In this document: positions 58,167 to 64,000 of the stretch, one piece after another
How positions within the stretch are numbered: position 1 is the first letter of the stretch
How the letters are laid out: the number at the start of each line of letters is the position of its first letter
Assembly (NCBI GenBank): GCA_035444565.1
Contig: DAOMOX010000003.1
Coordinates: 31,488-95,487 of the forward strand
Length of the DNA: 64,000 nt
Reading direction: 5' to 3'
Source of the DNA: Candidatus Dojkabacteria bacterium
GTDB lineage: Bacteria > Patescibacteriota > Dojkabacteria > B142 > OLB20
The notes under the pieces: model-generated
Databases searched by the model: none
What the model was told of the DNA's origin: nothing
Seen by the model: only the letters and a program-made list of their open reading frames with translations
Translations under genes and position numbers: made by a program

Positions 58167-60098
58167 ATGTTATTAGCATCAAACTACTTCTTGCTAGGGG
58201 ATTTCTTTAGTAGAAGAATTTCTATTGATGAAAGCGGTGCTAGATCAGTATCTCTCCATAGGGTAAACGGTTTCCTCAATAACTGGTATTCGACACAAGT
58301 TAATAAATCCTTTGAGGATGTTAAGTTAGTAAATATTTCCAAAACCAAGTCAGAAATAGTTTCAGAAAACATTATGAAACTATCAGAATATTATAAGTCC
58401 GATATAGAATATTATGACTTTGATTTCCACCGAGTACACAAATTTACCAAATCAGAGAGTTCATCTATAAAGATATCTCTAGAAAAGAATTTCATCAATT
58501 CAAAATACTTTAAAAAATTAACAAAGAATGGTGTTAAAAGTGATGTTTTGCTTGACACATTTTCTGCATATCCTGTTATTCCTGTGGAAAAGGAAACAGA
58601 AATTGTAAACTACGAAATATTTCAACGAATCTACCCTAAATTAAAGCCAAATACTGAAGTAGTAATTTTATCCGGGGAACTAGTTTGGAGTGGATGGCTA
58701 ACTATGGATATAATCCTAAACACATTAGATGACAACAAATACAATAATAAAATATTTATTATTGATAGCTGGGGCTTGGTACAACAGTTATTAAGCACTG
58801 TTGATTACGATAAGGATTATGGTATTGTCAATCATGATGATCTAATAGATAGTTTTACAACATCCCTGTACTTGACTACTAAAAAATTAAAAACATTAAA
58901 CGAGATCCCAAAGACAAAGAGCAATAATTATCCACTATATGCAAACAGTGAGTTCATTAAAACCTTCCCTTCAGGAGTGACTCATAAACCAGATTACAAT
59001 TATGTGATAAGTAAAAGTGCTAAATCACTCTTAAGTAAAAACGTAATTTCTATTGGTATTGATAACGTTACACCCCTCACTATTCCTAGAAGCATGCTTC
59101 AAAAAGTAGAACTAAGTTACTTCTTACCTGGTGGAGGTGTATTACAAAAGTATGAAGGGGAGAGGGTATCAATAAATGAAGACATAGGTTTAATTCCCGA
59201 ATACGAAAATCATCTACTGAGATTAAAATTGCCAAAACAACTAACTTTGAAAGTTAAAGACGGGCAATACGTAAAGAGGGGTGATGTTATTGCCGAAAGA
59301 GCGGTACTAAAAAACATGTTGAAGGAAAAAGTTGTCTCCCCATTTACTGGTTATTTAGAAACAAGCTTTTTAGAGCAAGGAATTCTGATATTTAAAGAAT
59401 TGAAGGATAAAAAGCAATTCCTAGCTGATTTTGAAGGAGAAATTTTATCCATAGATAAGTCAGAAACAGCTCAATCTGCAAAGATAAAAGCGAATTCATT
59501 TACTACCAATACAATTTATAAAATTGGAGATGATGTACAAGGAAAGCTTATGAGACTCGAAGACGTTCAAAACTATAGTGCATCAAAATTATTATTGGTG
59601 AAACCTAACGAATTAGGCGATATCACTCTAGAATTTATAATGAAAAACAATATTTCGGGAGTTATCGTCGATACTCCAGATTATTTAATGATACGCAGAT
59701 ACATTGCAAAAGTTCTTAAGAACTCTAAAGCTACAACACTCTGTGTCTTAAATCCATTCTCAATAAGGTCGAGTAGTAGCATAATAGATATTTTATATTT
59801 ATATACAGGGAATACAGTTATTATCTCTAATAATTCACTCCATCTTTTGATTGATCAAAAGCAGAGTAAAGAAATACTCCTAAGACTGAAATCAAAGGAT
59901 ACTCAGAGCAAGAAGAGTATATTGCGAAAAGGTGAGCATGTTTCTTTTTTTAACTATTCCCATCAAGATCCTTATGCTAGAATAGAAAATGTTTCGCCTC
60001 GGGAACTAGTTTTAAACACCGAAAGAGGCATAATAGTCACTAATTTCAGTAATATTATTAAATATACAAGTACATTCTATGATACAGAGAATAAATAA
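58167..60098 (+). CDS. Large hypothetical protein (643 aa, or less if translation starts at an internal Met) with one biotinyl/lipoyl-like hybrid-barrel motif
   Basis: Long uninterrupted ORF in the operon direction. KVKDGQYVKRGDVIAERAV resembles the hybrid-barrel motif of lipoyl/HlyD/NfeD-type domains. No other motif recognised. Confidence 0.5.
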   Translation: MLLASNYFLLGDFFSRRISIDESGARSVSLHRVNGFLNNWYSTQVNKSFEDVKLVNISKTKSEIVSENIMKLSEYYKSDIEYYDFDFHRVHKFTKSESSSIKISLEKNFINSKYFKKLTKNGVKSDVLLDTFSAYPVIPVEKETEIVNYEIFQRIYPKLKPNTEVVILSGELVWSGWLTMDIILNTLDDNKYNNKIFIIDSWGLVQQLLSTVDYDKDYGIVNHDDLIDSFTTSLYLTTKKLKTLNEIPKTKSNNYPLYANSEFIKTFPSGVTHKPDYNYVISKSAKSLLSKNVISIGIDNVTPLTIPRSMLQKVELSYFLPGGGVLQKYEGERVSINEDIGLIPEYENHLLRLKLPKQLTLKVKDGQYVKRGDVIAERAVLKNMLKEKVVSPFTGYLETSFLEQGILIFKELKDKKQFLADFEGEILSIDKSETAQSAKIKANSFTTNTIYKIGDDVQGKLMRLEDVQNYSASKLLLVKPNELGDITLEFIMKNNISGVIVDTPDYLMIRRYIAKVLKNSKATTLCVLNPFSIRSSSSIIDILYLYTGNTVIISNNSLHLLIDQKQSKEILLRLKSKDTQSKKSILRKGEHVSFFNYSHQDPYARIENVSPRELVLNTERGIIVTNFSNIIKYTSTFYDTENK

Positions 60099-61299
60099 CC
60101 ATGGAGGTCCTAAATACCTGATTATTTTTTTGTTAATAATCACAATATTTGTAGCTGGATTTTATGTAGGGAAAATTGATTTATTTGGAAATGCAGAGAT
60201 AGTCCCAGAGAAATACCAAATCACAGGGGATAAACTTACTGAAAGAAAGAATGTAGATGTAGGACTACTGTGGGAAGTTTGGTCAGAAATTGAAAGAGAA
60301 TATATAGATACGGAAGACATCGATGGTCAAGAATTGCTTTATGGAGCAGTAGACGGATTAGTAAAAGGTCTAGACGATCGGTACACAAATTTTTTAACTC
60401 CCGAGGAGACACAGGAGTATTTAAGTGGGAATAAAAGAGAGTTTGAAGGAATAGGAACCACACTGGCACAAGAAGGGGAGTTCGTAATTATTGAGAGCCC
60501 GATTGACGGTTCACCAGCACAAAAGGCAGGACTAAAACCTAAAGATGTAATACTTGAGGTCAACGAGGAAGATATGCAGGGTAAATCGGTTGTCGAGGTT
60601 GCCCAAAATATCCGTGGGGAAGCAAATTCAAAAGTTATGATTACTTATTATCGTCCAAGTAATAACGAGACGAATGATGTGGAAATAATTCGACAAAAGA
60701 TTGACTTGAAAAATATCGAGGTAGTTGACCTTGAGGATGGCATAAAAATGTTAAAAGTATATCAGTTTACAGAAGCCGATATAGAGACATTTAATAGAGA
60801 GTGGGACGCAAATATTAACCAAATAATCAAAGATGACCCAAAGGGATTAATCGTAGATTTAAGAAATAATCCTGGTGGTTTCGTAGATGCTGTAAGATAT
60901 TCAGTGGGTGAGTTTCTTCCAAAGGGAGCAATAGTCTTCCAAGAAGAAGACAGATCAGGAAGAAAATCTCAATATAAAGTTAATAGAGATGGTAAATTGC
61001 TAGACATTCCGATGATTGTCATTGTAAATGAAGGTAGCGCATCTTCTTCGGAAATCTTTGCAGGTGCTATGCAGGATAATGATAGGGCGCAAGTTGTTGG
61101 AACAAAAACTGTAGGAAAGGGAGTAGAGCAGAAGTTAATCAATCTCTCTGACGGTTCAATGCTGCAAATTGTCTTCCAAAAGTGGTTAACACCAAGTGGA
61201 AGAAATATAACGGAAGATGAGCCAATAACCCCAAATCATGAGGTAGAAGATAATGAGGAACAAGAGAAGAAGGCTTTAGAACTACTACTTTCTAAGTAA
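60079..61299 (+). CDS. ctpA: Carboxy-terminal processing protease (S41, PDZ-containing)
   Basis: TM anchor and PDZ (GSPAQKAGLKPKDVILEVN). S41 catalytic region IVNEGSASSSEIFAGAMQD (Ser) and downstream Lys. Confidence 0.85.
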   Translation: MIQRINNHGGPKYLIIFLLIITIFVAGFYVGKIDLFGNAEIVPEKYQITGDKLTERKNVDVGLLWEVWSEIEREYIDTEDIDGQELLYGAVDGLVKGLDDRYTNFLTPEETQEYLSGNKREFEGIGTTLAQEGEFVIIESPIDGSPAQKAGLKPKDVILEVNEEDMQGKSVVEVAQNIRGEANSKVMITYYRPSNNETNDVEIIRQKIDLKNIEVVDLEDGIKMLKVYQFTEADIETFNREWDANINQIIKDDPKGLIVDLRNNPGGFVDAVRYSVGEFLPKGAIVFQEEDRSGRKSQYKVNRDGKLLDIPMIVIVNEGSASSSEIFAGAMQDNDRAQVVGTKTVGKGVEQKLINLSDGSMLQIVFQKWLTPSGRNITEDEPITPNHEVEDNEEQEKKALELLLSK

Positions 61300-62185
61300 G
61301 TATTTTAAGAAACCTAGCTCTACCAAAGGTGTCTTTCAGTATCATTAGTTTTGTTTTTTTACCTAGAATCTCCTTAAATACTTTTAATGTATTTTCTGTA
61401 TTCATTGAATGTATCTCAAATATAGCCATGCCACCAGTGTTTAAATTATTCTTTACTGACAAAGCCAAACGCTTGTAGAATCTCAATCCATTAGAAAAAT
61501 CAGTTAGTGCTATTTCTGGTTCAAAGTATAGTGACTTTTCCAACTTTTTGTATTCGTCAAGGGGTATATACGGAGGATTCGAAATGATTAAATCAAAACA
61601 CTCACTTGGGAGTTCAGTCAATATATCTTGCTCGACAAATATAATTCTACTACGTCGAGATTTCTGTAAATTAATATTTACATTTCTCTGAGCAATCTTC
61701 AGTGCGCTCTCAGAAATATCTGTAGCAACTATTTGAACATCAATGTTTTTAATATTATTTAAAATTGAAATCGAAATACAACCTGATCCCGTACCAATCT
61801 CTAATATTTTTGATTTTCTATTTTTATTGAATTTATTTACGAAGGTAATGGCTTCCTCCACAATCAACTCGGTCTCGGGTCTCGGAATTAAAACTGACTC
61901 AGTAATAATGTAGTTTTCTTTATAGAAATCTATGTTACCTAAAATATACGAAAGAGGGTAGCTTCGTATTAGTTTGTCTTCTAGTGTAGAAACCATGTCT
62001 TTCTGTTTTTTAGACAAGTAGTTATCCATATTGATAAGAATGGACTGTTTGTCCATCCTCGTTACATAACTGATTACTGATAAAGCATAGATATATGGGT
62101 CTTTATAGGATGTCGATAATGCTTTAGATATTGAATCTACGGCATGATGATAAGTAAATGGTTTGTTCTCATCTACACGTTTCAT
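61292..62185 (-). CDS. prmC: Release-factor glutamine N5-methyltransferase PrmC/HemK
   Basis: SAM motif LEIGTGSGCISI and IISNPPYI (NPPY). It overlaps the prfA stop. Confidence 0.85.
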   Translation of the reverse strand: MKRVDENKPFTYHHAVDSISKALSTSYKDPYIYALSVISYVTRMDKQSILINMDNYLSKKQKDMVSTLEDKLIRSYPLSYILGNIDFYKENYIITESVLIPRPETELIVEEAITFVNKFNKNRKSKILEIGTGSGCISISILNNIKNIDVQIVATDISESALKIAQRNVNINLQKSRRSRIIFVEQDILTELPSECFDLIISNPPYIPLDEYKKLEKSLYFEPEIALTDFSNGLRFYKRLALSVKNNLNTGGMAIFEIHSMNTENTLKVFKEILGKKTKLMILKDTFGRARFLKILT

Positions 62186-63231
62186 TTGGGTAACGTTAAT
62201 TGTGTACGAACCTCTGTAAGAATTTGTTCAATATCTCCGCTAAGTATGCTTGGTAGACCATGCCACGATTTGTTAATTCTGTGGTCCGTGACTCTGTCTT
62301 GTGGAAAGTTGTAGGTGCGAATTTTATCAGATCTGTCGCCAGATTTAATAGACGATTTACGAATTTCCGATATTGTAGAATTTGATTCTTGAAGTTGAAT
62401 ATCATAAAGTTTTCCTCTTAAAATTGATAAAGCTTTTTCTTTATTTTTGAGTTGAGACTTACTGTCTTGGCAAGTTACTGTAATACCCGTTGGTTTGTGT
62501 GTAATTCTTATTGCTGAGTCAGTAGTATTTACACTTTGTCCCCCAGGTCCACTTGAACGATAAGTATATATTTCTAAGTCTGATTGGTTAAGTTCAACTT
62601 CGTGTTCTTCGACTTGAGGATATACTACAACTGAAACTGCAGAGGTATGAATTCTACCGGAAGTTTCAGTTTTAGGGATACGTTGGACTCTGTGTACACC
62701 GCTTTCAAACCTTAATTTTGAATACGATCCTTTTTGTGTAATCTCAACTATTACTTCCTTAATTCCACCAAGTGTACTTTCATTGGCAGATAAAATATTT
62801 GCTTGCCAACCTAGAGAGGCGAAATATCCTAAATACATTCTTAATAAATCTTGTGCAAACAGGCTTGATTCTTCACCCCCAGTTCCCGCCCTAATTTCTA
62901 ACATTCCCGGGTTTGGTAATTCTATCGATTTGGAAAGTACTGATTCTAGGTCACTTTGTGTATTAATTAGCAAAGAAGAGTTGGAACTGATAATATTCTG
63001 GTAAAGCTCAATTATGTCGGGACTTGACTCTGTTTCTAGTAAGTCTTTGGCTTCTTGTATTTCTTCGTTTAGACTTTGTATCTTTTTGGCATAGGAGTAT
63101 TTTTCTTTAAGATCGTCTAACTGAGAATTTAGTTCGGTAGATTTTTTATGGTCAGAATATATTTCGGGTGAGGAAAGTAAAGAGAGGATTTTCTCGTATT
63201 CAGAAATTATGGAATTTATTTTGCTATCCAT
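62182..63231 (-). CDS. prfA: Peptide chain release factor 1
   Basis: GGQ motif (SSGPGGQSVNTTDSAIRITHKPTG) and the RF1-type tripeptide PKT (PxT) in RVQRIPKTETSGRIHTS. Confidence 0.9.
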   Translation of the reverse strand: MDSKINSIISEYEKILSLLSSPEIYSDHKKSTELNSQLDDLKEKYSYAKKIQSLNEEIQEAKDLLETESSPDIIELYQNIISSNSSLLINTQSDLESVLSKSIELPNPGMLEIRAGTGGEESSLFAQDLLRMYLGYFASLGWQANILSANESTLGGIKEVIVEITQKGSYSKLRFESGVHRVQRIPKTETSGRIHTSAVSVVVYPQVEEHEVELNQSDLEIYTYRSSGPGGQSVNTTDSAIRITHKPTGITVTCQDSKSQLKNKEKALSILRGKLYDIQLQESNSTISEIRKSSIKSGDRSDKIRTYNFPQDRVTDHRINKSWHGLPSILSGDIEQILTEVRTQLTLPK

Positions 63232-63236
63232 TTAGG

Positions 63237-63566
63237 TTATTTAACCTTGGCAAGCATATCTTTAAGAGTCAGTGTGTTTTTTGTGTTGATTGATGTTGTT
63301 CTTTGTTTTCTTTGTGACTGTTTAGTCTTTTTTGAAGAAACTTTGTCAATATTTGCACTTTGTCGTCTTTTTTCGAATTTCTTTACAAGGTTCTCTGTGT
63401 CTACAATTCTATGTTTACCTGTGTAAAAGGGATGACTAAGGTTAGTTACTTCTGTAACAATCTCTTCTTTTGTGCTTGGTAATGTAAAAGTAGTCCCTGA
63501 TGAGAGATCTGTAACTTTTGCATTCATATGTAATTTTGGATGTATCCCTTTTTTCATTTCTTTCAA
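63237..63566 (-). CDS. rpmE: 50S ribosomal protein L31 (with a basic C-terminal extension)
   Basis: MKKGIHPKLH and HPFYTGK. Confidence 0.8.
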   Translation of the reverse strand: MKEMKKGIHPKLHMNAKVTDLSSGTTFTLPSTKEEIVTEVTNLSHPFYTGKHRIVDTENLVKKFEKRRQSANIDKVSSKKTKQSQRKQRTTSINTKNTLTLKDMLAKVK

Positions 63567-63702
63567 TTAAACTTTTGAATTATAACAATTTATTATGTTA
63601 TGTACAACAAACGACATTGATGTTCCTGTAAAAATTCAAATTAACTAGTCAAAAAGGTCTTAGATGATATAGTATAATTACTTAAATTTAGGATTTGTGA
63701 AT

Positions 63703-64000
63703 ATGAAAATAAAATTAGAAAAAAAGAATTTATTAGTTAATACTGATGGAAAGCGAGTATTATTCCACAAAGAAGGTAAATTTAATACAACTGACTATGC
63801 ATCCGTAGTTAACATTGGTGATATTGTACAACCAGACAACAACGTAATGAGTGCTCCTGGAGAATATGAAATTGAAGATATACTATTTAGCATTTTCGCA
63901 TATGGCGATAATCTTGATCATCCAGATATAATCTTTCTAGATAGTAACGAAAATATTCGAATTCTGTATTTATTGTCCCATGTTGACAACTTAGATAAAT
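63703..64000 (+). CDS. Hypothetical protein, 5' portion (runs off the window end)
   Basis: ATG at 63703 opens an uninterrupted frame to the window edge (MKIKLEKKNLLVNTDGKRVLFHKEG...). It is absent from the ORF track only because it is truncated. Confidence 0.35.
   Translation, partial: MKIKLEKKNLLVNTDGKRVLFHKEGKFNTTDYASVVNIGDIVQPDNNVMSAPGEYEIEDILFSIFAYGDNLDHPDIIFLDSNENIRILYLLSHVDNLDK

Overview
This is a low-GC (about 35%) bacterial chromosomal segment that reads well with the standard genetic code. I saw no in-frame UGA problems in long conserved genes. The gene content and several oddities suggest a small-genome, CPR/Patescibacteria-like organism. The oddities are short translation-factor operons, an rRNA insertion that encodes a protein, and many small GIY-YIG genes. 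The lineage call is an inference.

The window opens inside an rRNA operon. It holds the 3' 2.3 kb of the 23S gene, which carries a 333-bp insertion in helix 98 encoding a GIY-YIG protein, and then the 5S gene with a terminator.

The rest is mostly housekeeping, in this order:
- three lineage-specific hypothetical genes, one with 12 (DGAPAP) repeats
- rpsA, clpC-like, radA, rho, a LysM-M23 peptidase, tRNA-Ala, a CYTH-domain protein, leuS, cyclophilin
- comEA and comEC, where the ComEC MBL domain is a separate ORF
- a tmk-like gene and two tandem ndk-like genes, then an alpha/beta hydrolase and tRNA-Arg
- a PEGA-domain protein and mreB
- a translationally coupled 7TM membrane protein plus an ATP-grasp/retropepsin-like fusion
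- rplL-rplJ-rplA-rplK-nusG-secE on the minus strand
- a tRNA cluster (Trp, rpmG, Thr, Tyr, Ala, Thr) full of repeats that carry partial tRNA ends
- a Zn-ribbon/GIY-YIG/small-TM mini-island, a processive GT2, a Nudix-like gene
- mreB-mreC-mreD-pbp2, dprA-topA, rpsB-tsf-frr-rseP, rpsU, dnaX-ybaB-recR, cca, a beta-CASP RNase, ychF, rpsF-ssb-rpsR, a 643-aa hypothetical, ctpA, and prmC-prfA-rpmE on the minus strand

There is no CRISPR array and no obvious transposase.

The most unusual signals are:
- the protein-coding expansion of 23S helix 98, and the ATCCCGCCC hairpin family around it
- the covarying partial-tRNA repeats next to every tRNA gene in the cluster
- the 7TM plus ATP-grasp/protease pair wedged between core operons
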